DNA from: an uncultured Clostridia bacterium
Lineage (GTDB): Bacteria > Bacillota > Clostridia > Christensenellales > Borkfalkiaceae
Assembly: GCA_947088135.1 (NCBI GenBank)
Contig: CAMUFJ010000007.1
Location: 2,870 to 66,869 of the forward strand
Length of the DNA stretch: 64,000 nucleotides
Direction: 5' to 3'
Both the position numbers and the translations under genes were made by a program. Position 1 is the stretch's first letter; every line of letters starts with the position of its first letter. This document shows positions 32,701 to 38,600 of this stretch, piece after piece. The notes under the pieces are model-generated. The model searched no databases and had not been told where the DNA came from. It worked only from the letters and a program-made list of their open reading frames with translations.

Positions 32701-33140
32701 GTCCCCGAACTTCGGTAAACGCGTTCTTGAATCATATCAAAAATAACAAGAGCGTGCGCGTTTACAGCAAAGAGGGCAAATTACTCTACGATCGCGGAGC
32801 TCCCGGCGAAGGCGTTACCGCCGACGATTTGGGCAGATGGTCGAAAATCCGCGTTACCACGGGCAGCTACGTTGTTCTTATGAAGGGTGATGCGGAAGTC
32901 GAAAGAGTTTATTTGTCCGTTTTGGGCGACGTGAACGGCGACGGTTTGGTGAATTCTTCCGATTCCGTCAGCATATCGGCTTATATCCAAAACAAATCGC
33001 AGATAGTCGAAACGGAGTTCTTACTCGCGGCAATGATTGTAAACAACGGTCAGATTTCCGCTGCGGACGTTACGCAACTCAATCGCGTTATTACCTTAAA
33101 AGTCGATATCGAGGACTTTTACTACGATTCTAAGCAGTAA
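11742..33140 (+). CDS. Giant (7,132 aa from the preferred start) secreted adhesin-like protein. It has a signal peptide, 11 tandem Pmp-like parallel beta-helix modules, about 36 MBG-type stalk domains, and a C-terminal conserved module plus dockerin-like domain.
   Basis: A single uninterrupted frame (track 11625..33140). ATG at 11742 follows AAGGGGAG. The hydrophobic LFMLFICLLLSFVFGFGF is followed by AHA/AE. GGxxYV...FNMxGG (GGA/FxxN-like) repeats recur. The YNGxEQxP and YGTxLxL domain arrays are typical of MBG domains. The C-terminus has GDVNGDGLVNSSD...NNGQISAADV Ca-loop pairs. Confidence 0.9.
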   Translation: MQKEKLNNRYGEKPASGGFLLTLSSNRLRGLRTAGLFMLFICLLLSFVFGFGFRRSDSKQLTAHAAEDWGATWNAAITASSTDNPQTVKLTSAWATNTGTTSGSGFSSNRLYVPAGKSIVLNLNGQTINRGLTSANNYGSVFYVCGTLTLQGSGYVRGGYINGSYSSAYGGGIHIASGGVVNIEGPTIGPNTSRAANTAAGVYVASGGTLNLKSGNIGNSSNVNTATNSNAAGGVFVASGGVFNMTGGGIYNNSASGTKSGAGVRVVSGGTFHMTGGNIRRNTASGTYSGAGVYLDGTMKMTGGQIGYYSSQSSSYYNNATNSTGAGGLYYAENGKLSVGGSGSIYYNLTSGSYTKDIVFASATSKINVISQISSTSYRYGVYKSGAGSFTSGCGTYCTSPASVFVVQNSGTYKSMTLTDNGVTEVAQINKTNAAENWSYFVQKSIDTKTQQTVTLSANWTASSGNLGTGTGFSSGRIYVPAGADIVLNLNGYTVDRGLTSANSYGNVFYVAGSLTIKGTDGSFIKGGYTNASGSNSRGAAITVNGGTLNLQGGVIGSNRLTSYSSSTSYTGSSGVYVINGTFNMTGGYVGKASYGNTAASGVYNAGGVCVADGGTFNLSGGYIQNNTASYTSNGGAVSVLSGGKFNMTGGYIRNNTASNATSAGGVFLASSATATFTGGQIGNSSSYANKGTSTNSVGGVYVSNGASVNLGGSVRITANTGAIASNLYFASAIGKATVVSAFNSAKVGIVRNGNADNYAVSGDRRNFTVDYSKYNTASPTSFFTADAVADGLATHEIYLAEDEASLKCLVGSANWSYAVARSISDKSTQTVTLASAWKGVSGSLGSGTGFSNGRAYVPANSNIVLNLNGFTVNRGLTSTNNYGSVFFVEGTLTVKGNSASYISGGYTNNAYGAGVHILSGGVVNLEGGVIAKNTATATFSGGGVYVASGATFNMKGGYVGSGSSAYNTATNANSAGGVFVANGGTFNMNGTAATPYIYYNRANGATSGAGVYLAGSGAVFNMEAGYIRFNTAAGATSGGGVYLNGTMNMTGGQIGRYDNTGYGNTASNTATGAGGIYYAGGSLSVGGDASVYNNVSGSSYGKDVVFAKETLKIKFISAMKSTSYRFGIYKTGVGAFTTDFGKFNSENYYATYFVNYNSSYTVGRETVNSVVEVTLVSTGGAENWSHAVQRSLETKEQQTVTLTQNWNANASSFGTGTGYDGGRLYVPAGADIVLRMGSYSINRGLTSANNYGSVFYVCGTLTIQGNNTSNYIRGGYVNGSNSTARGGGAHVANGGVLNLQSGIFAGNSSTASSYGAGGVYVANGGTFNMSGGYVGYNNTTNSNITLRGYNYSSGTKGAGGVVVMNNGKFNMTGGYIYGNTAGGATSGGGVLLYEGATMTLTAGRIGTSYANRATGTESAGGVFVMSGANLILGGGACYINNNTGAVAPNLYFASPTGYATIVGSLSGTIGVKRSGDADNYAVDPSKRNITKDYSKFNSSLGCFKADDSAYHVVQLRDGEVVLHCKRSSANWSYAVARSLADKSTQTVTLEENWVGTSGSLAGIYSTGFSQGRMYLPAGTSVILNLGSYSINRGLTSVNNYGSVMYICGTLTINGGSGTYIRGGYTNGYYSSTYGGGIHIASGGNVTMNGGVIGKNTTTHSYAGAGVYVGSGAVFNLKSGYVGASGYANTATNTYSAGGVYVADGGVFNMSSNSANVIYNTASNANSGGGIYVASGGTFNMTGGYIRYNTASGATSGGGVYLAGVMKMTGGNVGRSGSTGYGNTASQATGAGGIYYASSGNLSVGGDAVVANNITSGSYTKDIVFASEKSKINVVSNLGYSTSSSSYRFGIYKTGVGAFTNGFGTYSNNTSYYSPTFISQNSAYTLGTVKVNNVLEVSFTSINGTENWSEAVKQSLANNGAQQTVKLTRNWVATSGSFGTTTGYANGRIYVPAGANIVLNLNGYSVNRGLTSATNYGSVFYVCGTLTIEGGGTSGVVRGGYANGNASSARGGGVHVDTGGIFNLKSAVVGANKSNCTYGGSGVYVANGATFNMSGGYIGGYTTSVANYSYGKSSGAGVYVGSGGTFNMTGGYVRYNVSSGTKSGAGIFMSGIVKITNGQIGNGSSYANKATGTESAGGIYVTNGATLSLGGGSVAVYNNTGTLAPNVYFVNATAKATITGAFSSTSYKIGVKRAGYADNYAANNSSNFTSGWSASNSGNPVSYFVCDDTATHKIIQSSDKEGAFECTVNGVNWENAVKQSKADGKQKIVNLTGNWTASGSFTSIISTAEGYSNGRLYVPVRADIVLNLKGFTLNRGLSSANNYGSVFYVAGTLVIDGNGSSNSIVRGGYANGYYSSTRGGGIHVANGGKVTLQNNVTLRNNTSSGSYGGGGVYVSDGGLFTLRSSYIHYNYSTNTYSGAGVSVMGGGKFVMESGSIYYNRASGNYSAGGVFIADKGTLDITGGLIGHSSSTSYANVSTAATGAGGVYVASGGILNAGGTANIRNNGIGSTVTYNTRDVYLLSNTAKINVISRHTNSSYKIGVYRSGNGVITSGYGKAGNTNSPSTFYVCENTTYTMLSEGSGETLEGSLLSGNNAENWSYAVQQSLNNNGALQTVTLTKNWSASGGSFGSGTGYASGRLYVPAGANITLNLNGYSVDRRLTSANNYGSVFYVAGTLTIQGTNSSYIRGGYSNSYYSYTRGAGIHIYDNGTVNMEGGAIVSNRSTGSYGAGGVYVSSGATFNMKGGTIGASGLANTVSGSRSGAGVFVANGGKFFMSNEKSTSYIYYNTASGTYSSGGVYLDGNSAFEMTGGYIGYSSSAYNTATGNYSAGGLYNNGGTFTMTGGSFRNNRVTGTYSAGGVYVNSGTFTMTAGYIGSSSTSYANYATNSAGNSVGGVYVNTNGKVSLGGTAFICNNQTYNRYTGNLYFVNPNTSATIVSSFASGARINIYRTANVTTKPDGSAMTNGFVEKNGSALSTSYFYADVTLASGAVDYRIIHENNEAYLYYLDPVTNWEIAVNTSSASDPKTVKLFANWKAGSNTNYTTAFSMNSNGSSYPFYQGTLNVPTGRSVVLDLNGYTLSRELTAAKARANGYVLGVRGGTLKIIDSSTGKSGVIRGGSSNSASVGSGIYVYSGTLTLEGGRIMDNYGSYGVYINSSSVFNLGGDIGVYNNKNASNNPANIFLSLDSNLINIVSPLTSEREIGITRTVPYEFTKGWGKFHDETVDPELHFSSDDLNFRIGPAGAGETTEVAILGNDNASNWQYAVTTSLKTKKTYTVQLTEDWSAGKNSSYGTAFGINTTAYYYGALYVPSGASVILDLNGYTVDRKLATGNVFNVVGKLEIVDLSAEKTGTIKGGSNGIYIYNGGTVVMNAGTISGNANYGVHDYKGTFTMTGGTVADNTGASVYVERNGRLNLGGTPVIDNGTGGKNVVLAYESTVIGITSKFEEGAKVSLLRKGVGQLTSNWSRYNAGVDPWEYLTSESDVFLPSTEEISGSLEAFLISYDNNINWQYTVSSSLSSKTTKSMQLYEDWTASSHDTYTTAFGTTSAYLNGALYVPKGASVVLDLSGFDLNRGLSEARANGYIIYVQGELKIVDSRAAEEGEGARITGGKNNSGSSAGAVYIAAGGVFTLADAQIISNEATSDSASAGAVYTAGTFNFTSGTITDNAGANAGGVYVAGSGALNMADGTSIVGNAANGSAGGGAVYAAGAFGFKGGEISANTGTAGGVYVAGGGNLAFESGKIVGNNGTIAGGVYVYNSASANFAMSGGEIVQNSVSGNKTAGGVYAAGGKVVVTGGLISRNRAEDGEDTAGGVYIAGAGNVTVTGGEISENTGTNGLRADGSATLNLGGVAKIRNNASKAGNKIDIYMTSETRAINIVSKFEEGAEIGIWRDKAGSFTKGYGIYNGAESGAVDPNGFFRSNKEIYNIFQTEAAEGESIEVAAGIPANRPYAIGADDETETPVYNGSEQLIISGYDSTKMSIGDLPEGVKLTENGFVATHAGTYTVTFTPGSDYCWTNGTVSPYQVNGVIAPKPVELSWTNSEYTYDGNPHKPDAEVVNLVAGDECSVTVAEEKTNAGTYTATASALSNTDYTLENGKNITHEFVIHKAPMTLTFKTTAAVYKQALTLSLDGNVEGGTVAYTVENMTGKGEIQGADVLMPTWVGEVKVTANVTETTNYLAGTVSEVFTIEQAEAPLELAVKEASYGTPLTLTVTDYGEVGALAFTVEENKTGEGEIAVGTAVFKPLSVGTVDIRVTASATHNYKETSVVNTITVKPRVVTLAWSDLEFVYDGESHCAAAEITNLIEGDECNLQVAGAQVNAGTYNATAKSVDNKNYTLEGAEETVKEFVIHKANISPVVNTAEIVFKKEQQLDVDGNLGAGSVKLTVLAGGTGNATASGDKIKGTWVGTVEVQVEIGETQNYLGATLTVSIEVTPADPEIELATKEAVYGTALRLTVSGNEENGAVHYALADGETKASISGDTLTPHSVGEVTVNIYVEPTHNYKEGNFTAVVTVKPRPVTVIWTKLEFDYDGNEHVPEATITGLVEGDTCSVIVLGAQVNAGTHTAMADSLGNPNYTLIGGTDVNTKFTVKPRAVTLSWNDPDFTYNGEMQTPTATVTNLIGTDECTVTVLGTKDAGTNLTAMATGLSNANYTLDGGSNLVTTYAIKPLSVELEWTDTELVYNAAEQKPTATVKNLCGSDKCEIVVIGAQTNVGEYTATAFGVTNPNYTLEGGKNLSTPYKIVRAPITVTLVDNVLVYGTEATLAVEGNLGEGAVTFTVENGTGTATAKGSCILPTKVGTITVTATVERTANYEGGSVTATVTIQPRRVTLAWEEDMEYVYNGEEQAPVARVIDLLEGDTCDVRVSGHKDAGQNLTATATSLSNENYTLLGCTTLTATFAIVPLKAELAWSNFELVYNGKEQAPTATVSNLIGADKCEVTVAGETNVGNDLVASAINLSNPNYTLEGTTNLTATFAIKPLVADVVWTDTKLTYNAEEQAPTATVGNLCEGDSCLVTVSGAQINAGTYTATASSLSNPNYTLTGATDLTTTFTIERAKREVSLVESETVYGTSLTLTLAGNSENGSVSYQVSGGTGAATMSGSVLTPTRAGEVVLTVTVGETKNYEKTTATLTVTVKPKPIGLTWKDKEFTYDGTEKKPTATATGLIGSDSCDVIVGGGQTDAGAYLANASALSNSNYTLEGATDLSCPFVINKANITVTITSTRTTYGTPLPLVLEGNLGNAEVAYTVTEGTGSGVVDGKGVFTATGFGTVTITAVVAESKNYFGATTSAQIVIDKGPAPIELATSNAVYGTPLVLVLSGADEEGKLTFAVQDGTGTATLSGNILLPTKVGTVTLVVKMSATDTFVETVKSFTVTVKPRPVELVWEMTDFTYNGKEQTPKATVMNLVDGDSCDVTVSGQTDAGMDQLATATAVSNENYTLEGSSTASTTYVIKQKVVGLDWGNTEFIYNGEDQAPTPAVTNLEGSDECEVTVTGAQTNAGDYFATATELSNSNYTLEGTDNVSCSFHIDRLKITVTITTTETVFGTDLKLETSGNLGGGEESFSVQDGTGSAEIAGDTLIPKRIGTVLVTVSVGETANTYSASAEAEITIKKGTVSVDFAKKSTVYGTPLKLELTGNEENGAYQYTITDETGSAMLSGTDTLVPLKAGTVTVRVVVNETTNYDRTEFEAQITIEKLVAQLEWTEGVLVYNGEEQAPEVKMVNLVGEDKCEIEVSGVKNAGKNLTATAESLSNENYTLEGAENLACTFEIAPLKVELEWGETSLEYNGEAQTPEITVLNLQGDDTAEDCELTVTGAETEVGKGYTAKVEGVGNPNYTIEGAENLSVPFEITKGTFTFEIIAGEAVYNVPMKLSVSGNKSGGAVTYEVTEGPATLSGDILTPTGTGITIIVKATVAETDHYFAAEAVMNLNAGKGMAEYALAVNTVVYGTDLKLSVVDADGNLAEGEIDYELADGGTGSAEISGSILTPTRAGTVTLKITVGETEQFVETFFTAEVAITPMTAEIAWEKTEFVYNGDGQVPTARVTNLLSADKDKVEVVVDGMQTDAGSYTATAIRLTGDNAVNYVLSESGNTTEFKIDKAEINPVITLSRVYCQIPAEITLEGNLGDAEVAYTVVDGGTGSAEISGSTITPTVEGSVIVKAVVAESKNYYGKTTQAVIVIEKKKIVLGLAQTEVVYGNEITLVVTGNEENGAVKFSVVNDTGSATVSESGVLKGTGAGTVNIIITVAETDSYQSSSETVKFTVLPRQIGGLSWAVPELVYNGEAQAPVASASGILSGDECNVTVAGGKVNAGIYAAGTAYASALSNPNYTLGSVGGINAPEFTIEKADPTITLTTQKATLGVPLTLEVSGNDGEGTVKYEIVTSAGGTGAAVINGDEFIGTKLGEVYVRATVSATANYNEAYWNGTVTIEAPEIPLELTETETVYGDNLKLVAKEYEEGVVSFKLGEGGTGSAEIVGNTLIPKRAGTVTVILSVGASDSYQGATENVTVTIKPRAVGVTWGNLSLVYNGTEQVASVTLSNLVEGDTCEVTVGGASSDAGKHTATITMLGNENYILAEDAEKSKEFEITPCIVVLEWTVGDYTYNGKEQKPDVKILNLIAGDECEITVTGQKDASLTAKATATELSNKNYTLEGCENATVNFVIKQRTISVEWGETQLVYNGRPQTPVPVLGGLVEGDECELTVTGAQKDVGNNYSATVEGVLNPNYALENTSTTKYSIKPYELEITAQDLVKEYNGEYQKPDIFVTPLDENDDVVLTLEGLGEYGEYKVGKYEIKLVLSGTAKGNYAVKEGQETLTFVITPMEIPVLVTPKDVTVIYEGAPITADDIEGWYVLELQGALAPADSDLTPEELFAGLVLKPIIKSGENVLTEITENGIYLLTPDISDEAVVCGNYALKLIIDPDDEYCDLIVNGESTDVITLRDESNYQFITKTEENGGNYRFTYAEMGWTHGDHDVGKVDKYVIGQISPRTSVNAFLNHIKNNKSVRVYSKEGKLLYDRGAPGEGVTADDLGRWSKIRVTTGSYVVLMKGDAEVERVYLSVLGDVNGDGLVNSSDSVSISAYIQNKSQIVETEFLLAAMIVNNGQISAADVTQLNRVITLKVDIEDFYYDSKQ
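11937..23570 (+). repeat. Eleven tandem coding repeats of about 0.75-1.3 kb (beta-helix modules)
   Basis: Each module opens with the conserved block NW(S/E)xAV...QTVxL...NW...G(F/Y)xxGRLYVPAGAxIVLNLNGYxxxRGL(T/S)SANNYGSVFYVxGTLTIxG. Module starts are near 11937, 13044, 14178, 15285, 16326, 17454, 18489, 19524, 20769, 21513 and 22257. The last three are divergent. Confidence 0.85.
23571..32200 (+). repeat. About 36 tandem coding repeats of about 85-90 aa (two alternating MBG-like domain types)
   Basis: Type A reads KPRxVxLxWxxxEFxYNGxEQxPxAxVxNLxxGDxCxVTVxG...NAGxYTAxAxxLSNxNYTLEG. Type B reads xxVYGTxLxLxxxGNxxxGxVxYxV..GTGSAxIsG..LtPtxxGtVtv. I counted them by eye in the translation. Confidence 0.8.
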
Positions 33141-33316
33141 GGGGAAGAGCAGACTTTCGTCGCTATGCGAGAAGCGAAAGGCCGAATAAAGACAAAATGC
33201 ATCGAGCAATTTAGTTTGTCATTTCGAGTTTAAGCTTGGAATGACAAACCTTGCTGCGCGCATAGCAAAAAAGAAAGTTATAAACTGTAAAATTACTTCC
33301 ACATAGGAGAAACAAC

Positions 33317-35608
33317 TTGAAACAAAAAGCGTTAAAAATCGGAACAACGCTGTTGCTCGGCATTACCGTGCTTGTGGGGCTATTGACAAGTGCGCTTTTT
33401 ACGCTTAATGCAACGCAATCGGCAAGCGCTGTCGAGGGCACGATCACCTCTTCGGTAGCGGTCGAGGAAGGCGACGAAGTTCTTGCGGGCGACACGGTTA
33501 CACTCACGGTTACTGCAAGTTCCACGTTGGGTTCAGCTTATTTTTGGGGAGCGGTTACGCTGACCTTCCAAATTACCGATGATGACGGCAATAATATCGA
33601 TCCGTCTTATATCGAAAATTTAGAAGTGCTGGATTTCGAAGGTGATTTCAGCGATTGCGTCAATAACACAGTGCAGGAAACATTGGAAGAAGGAGGAATT
33701 TCCCATTCCACCATTCGTTTCGCATTGTTAAACGATGCCTTGAACGAAAGCCTTACAATGGATAAGCCTTGTACGATGAAGGTCAGGTTTAAGCTTGCAG
33801 AAGGTACTCCGGGCGGAACAAAAATCAAATTTCAAATAGATGATTATTTTAAACAGGAAACGCAGGTTACATATTATTCGGTTAGCGGTTACGACGAAAA
33901 CACCGTAGATACCGATTCGAATGCAGATATGTTTGTAATCGACAGCAGTGCGACGATTACCGTTCGCGAAAAGAGCTCCGACAATACGCTGTCTGCTTTA
34001 AAGGTAGGTACGACCGAAAACAATGCGATCAGCTATCCGAAAGAAGGAGAAACTGCGGTTGCGGATTCGATCAACTATGATTATGCCGAATCCGCCGTGC
34101 TTTCGAGCATCAATATTACGCCGACCGCCGCTAACGAATATGCTACCGTTTACATGGCGGCGGGCAGTACGGCTCCCGAACAGACGGAAGCAAATTTAGT
34201 CGAAAGCGGGAAAGAGAAGAATATCGCGCTTACTTCGGAGATCCGCACGGTCACTATTTTGGTGAAAGCCGAATCGGGCGACACGAAAACATATACCGTA
34301 ACCATCGTGGATAAGTACGTCGCGCTTTCCGATCTTGTAATAGAAGTGGGAACCAAGACGGAGGGCGTTACCAAAATCGGCTTGGGGGAGGGCGTCGCGT
34401 TCGACCCCGAAACGCTTACCTACACGGTAGACGTTCCGAGCGACTATGCTTCTTCGGAAACGGGCGTTAAAATTACGCCTACGATAGCGGAGGGGCACGG
34501 CATTCAGGCGACGGTCGCGCTTGCGGGCACAAACAGCTCCCCCGAAAACAATTCGGTTGCAAGCGGATCTTCCGTGCAGGTCACGGGTATTGCAAACGAC
34601 GGCTCTTTGACCTTGACCGCGACCGCTTCCGACGGCGTGACCGCAAAAGCGTATATCATTACCTTTAAGCTTTGGAGCGTGGAAACGGGTACGATAGACT
34701 TTAAGGTGAAGGGCGAACGGGAAGCTCCTTACGAAAGCGACGCGGAAAAAGCGGCGGAGAAGAAAATCGATTATTATTTCCTTTTAACGGACGAAGCGGA
34801 ATGTAAGGGTAAATTTCTAATTACTCCTTCCGTTACGGATATTTCCATTCAAATTCAACCTTTCGGAGGAACGGCTGAAAAGTACGACGCGACGAAAGAA
34901 TACGGTGCGGGGACGTATAGCATTATTCTTACGGCAGATGCAGGCAACACGAAACAGTACGTCGCTTCCCTATCCAAAATGGAATACTTGGAATTGGCGG
35001 CGGAATCCACCTTTCAGTTTATATTCGAGGAAACGACGGGAACGGGTGCGCGCGCGAAAAGTTATCTTCGTACTTATCACGAGAAGGGCATGACGCACGG
35101 TGTGGACGATAAACAGTTTGAAAAAGTTGTGTTGGGAAATATCGCACCTAAGACCACAATCAATATGTTTCTTGCCAACGTTTCGCCTTCACAGCGGAAC
35201 ATGATCCGCATCTATAACAATAAAGATCGATTGTTGTACGATTGCGGAGCGGATATCGAAGGGATCGATAAAGCAAATTACGATAAGTGGAGCAAATACC
35301 GTATATCAACAAGTTGGTATGTACAGTACGGGGGGACGGCAGAAAATCCTTTGGAAACGGTCTATATATCGGTTTTGGGCGATACGAGCTGTAACGGGAC
35401 TATCGATTCGGCGGATTCCGTAAAGATGAGCGCTCATATTTCCAAAAAGAAATTGATAACGGATTTGGAAGTGCGTTTAGCAGGTTACGTCACCAATGGC
35501 GGCAGTATAGCATCTAAAGATATTACGAAGCTAAACCGAATTATCACTTTAAAAGACAAGATCGAGGATTGCCTATACAAGCCTGCGGAGAATGCGACGG
35601 GTGCGTAA
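33317..35608 (+). CDS. Secreted 763-aa protein with an N-terminal cohesin-like domain, cadherin-like beta-sandwich repeats, and a conserved C-terminal module plus dockerin-like domain
   Basis: TTG start 7 nt after AGGAG, with a signal peptide ending SASA/VE. The cohesin-like pattern is LAGDTVTLTVTASS...VTLTFQI...KVRFKLAEGTPGGTKIKFQI. The cadherin-like repeats show NTLSALKV...TKTYTVTIV. The C-terminus has GDTSCNGTIDSADS...NGGSIASKDI. Confidence 0.85.
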   Translation: MKQKALKIGTTLLLGITVLVGLLTSALFTLNATQSASAVEGTITSSVAVEEGDEVLAGDTVTLTVTASSTLGSAYFWGAVTLTFQITDDDGNNIDPSYIENLEVLDFEGDFSDCVNNTVQETLEEGGISHSTIRFALLNDALNESLTMDKPCTMKVRFKLAEGTPGGTKIKFQIDDYFKQETQVTYYSVSGYDENTVDTDSNADMFVIDSSATITVREKSSDNTLSALKVGTTENNAISYPKEGETAVADSINYDYAESAVLSSINITPTAANEYATVYMAAGSTAPEQTEANLVESGKEKNIALTSEIRTVTILVKAESGDTKTYTVTIVDKYVALSDLVIEVGTKTEGVTKIGLGEGVAFDPETLTYTVDVPSDYASSETGVKITPTIAEGHGIQATVALAGTNSSPENNSVASGSSVQVTGIANDGSLTLTATASDGVTAKAYIITFKLWSVETGTIDFKVKGEREAPYESDAEKAAEKKIDYYFLLTDEAECKGKFLITPSVTDISIQIQPFGGTAEKYDATKEYGAGTYSIILTADAGNTKQYVASLSKMEYLELAAESTFQFIFEETTGTGARAKSYLRTYHEKGMTHGVDDKQFEKVVLGNIAPKTTINMFLANVSPSQRNMIRIYNNKDRLLYDCGADIEGIDKANYDKWSKYRISTSWYVQYGGTAENPLETVYISVLGDTSCNGTIDSADSVKMSAHISKKKLITDLEVRLAGYVTNGGSIASKDITKLNRIITLKDKIEDCLYKPAENATGA

Positions 35609-35680
35609 AGAATCGGGAATGCAATCAAAAGGAATCGTTACAAACACAAAACATACAACAATTCTTGAAGGAGAATTCCA

Positions 35681-38600
35681 GTGAAAAAAGCAATTAAACA
35701 CATATCGCTTGCAATAGTATCAGTCGTATTCTTTCTTTGCGTTGTGGTATTCGGCGCAAATATCGTTTTTACAAATAAAACAGAGAAAGCATTTGCGGTA
35801 AATCCGAATACGACAGTAACGCTATCGGCAGACAAAACGCGAGTCGTTCCGGGCGATACCTTTAAGCTTACCGTTACGGTTACTTCTACCATTCCAAACG
35901 GAACTTGGTCTGCGTTGGACTTTATGGTTTCCCCCTTGCAGGCCAACGGGGAATTCGACGCAACTATGTGCCCGTATTTATCGTCCCCGAGTCATACGAC
36001 GAACATGACGACTTATACGGACAGTTCGGCGGACTATTTCGGGGTCAATCCGAACGAGGAAGTACCCGGACTTCGTATTTCTTTGGCATGGAAGAGCGGT
36101 AACGAGATTTCCGTTTCTACGGCGTGCGTTTTCGAATTCGACATTGTTGTTGCGGAAAATGCGCCTGGCGGTACGTCCATTCAATTCGGAATTGAAAAAT
36201 ACGATACGAACTTCGTCGATTATAACGACATGGAAATCGAAGTTACTGCGGATACGGACGAGTTCGCTTGCAACACCGTAACCGTTACGGTCGATGCTCC
36301 CAGCAGCGATGCGACGATGAAGGGGCTTACCGTCGGAAGCGGTTCGGCAACGAGCGGGGTTGCCGTTGCAGAGCAAATGCAATGGAAAAATCCCGCCGAA
36401 AATCTTCAAAATTTCCGCGTGAAAGTGGACGCGAACGATTCCAACGCGACCTATCAGGTGAGCGTAGGGAGCGGTACGGCTACGGCGGGCAGTTTCCCTG
36501 CCGACAAAACGACGGGGGCTCTCAAAAGCGGGCAGGAAAGCGGCAACCTCAACTTAATGCAGAACAACAACACAACGGGCATCGCCAAGGTGTTTATCCG
36601 TATCATCGCGCCCGATAAGGTGGCGACCAAGGAATATTGCCTTACCGTAACCAGCAACTACGTGCGGATTCGTATGTTAACGGTAACGCCTCAGCGCCCC
36701 GGCGGCGCGGCGGCGGTGCCGAAAAACGGTTTGGACGGAGCTTTCAGCGGTACTAAATATTCTTACACCGTATTTGTTCCGAGCGACGTGACCGATTCTG
36801 CGGGCGTGCAGTTCGTTCCTCAAATTCCGGGCGGCTACGGCATTTCGGAGGATATCGCGGTAACGGACGTTGCAAATTGCACGGCTTCGTCGAGCGTGAA
36901 GAACGGGGCGACCCTGCTCGTGACGAACGTCAAAAACAACGCGACTCTCAAACTGACCGCTACCGCGGCAAGCGGAGATACGCAGACCTATACCTTTACC
37001 TTTAAAACGGTGAACATCGACACGTCGATCGCTTCCTTTACCATGACGGGTAAAAACGACGGCGCGACCTACAACAGCGACAGCACCAAGGCGAGCGCGG
37101 ATTATTATTTCTCCCTGCCTTCTCCCACGGGCTTCCAAGGCACTTTTCACATTCAAGCGGCGCAAACCACTTCTAAGGTTACGGTAAACGGTGCGGCGTA
37201 TAACGCTTCCACGCAGTACGGCGCGGGAACGTATACCGTTCGGGTAACGGCGGAGGCTGGGAACACGGAGGATTATTCTGTTACCGTGGAAAATAAATTC
37301 GACGCGGCGAAATTCGAATCGATTTCCTTATCCATCGGCGGAGGAAGCTACGAGGACATTCTCGCTTCGGGCGCAGACGGAAAATGGGAAGGATTGGAAA
37401 CTTCGAGCGCGGTTTATACCCGCGAAGTGCCCGTATCCGCCAATACCGAGTTCAAAATTAAGGGAACTGTTTCCGCAGGTGCAAGCGTAACGGTAGGGGG
37501 CGGACTTTCCGAACCGACCGCAGGACAGGAACAAGTGCTCACGGGCAGTTTAAAGCACGGGAAAAACGAATTCCGCGTGAGTTTGAGCACGGACGAGGGC
37601 ACGAAGGTTTATACTTTCGTTATCAACGTGCTGGAAAAGAAGAACACGATTACGGGCATCACCCTTACCTATAACGGAAAAGCAATCGACGGATTTGCCT
37701 TTAACCAAAATACCAAAGAATACAATATCATTGTGCCGTATTCCACGGCAAACGCACAGCTTGCCGTTACGACGGACGGCACTTACACCCGCGTGTTTGC
37801 GGACAACGGCGATCAGTTCAAGAGCGATTCGGCAAAGCGCGAGCATACTTCGAACTTCCTCTTTACGCTTCCCAACCCCGACGCGACGGTGAACACCGTG
37901 AAGTTCCACGCCGTGAGCGACATGAACCTGTCTGGGCTGAGCGAGGCGGGGGATTGGTACACGATCACCGTTACCCGATCTGCGGCGAACAAGGACGTAA
38001 GTTTGAACAAGCTTACGATCACGATCGGCACGAAGGAATATGAAATTTCGCTCAAAGACGGACAATTTACCTATCCGCTTGAATTGACGGACGAAACGCT
38101 CGATTCGGCAAGCGTTTCCATTACGGCGATCCCTAACGCAAGCACTTCTACCGTTTCGGGCGATACGAGTTCCGATCTGAAATTCGAGAGCTCGAAGGGG
38201 ATCAACAGCTTTAACGTAACGGTTACTTCGGAAGACGGCGTTACGAAACAGACGTATACGATCGCCGTTTCCCGTAACGAAATCACGCTCAATAAGGATA
38301 TTTCCATTAAGAACGTTACGATTTTGGGGAACGATACCGTACAATATTACAACGGTGCGCCTTCCATAGGAAACGTAGTTGAAATATCCGTGCCCTTCGG
38401 CGTTACGCGCGTGAATATTACGGCGATGCCCGGCTATTCGGGAGCAAGCATCAAGGGCGACGGCGCGGTTGAGCTTGCCGATACGGCAGGCGTAGCGAAG
38501 GAAATCAAAGTTTACGCCGTTGCGGAGGACGGTGTAACCAATCAGGACGGCGCAAGCGCGTATATCTTTAAAATTACCCGTCAGGAGCAGCGCAAATCGG

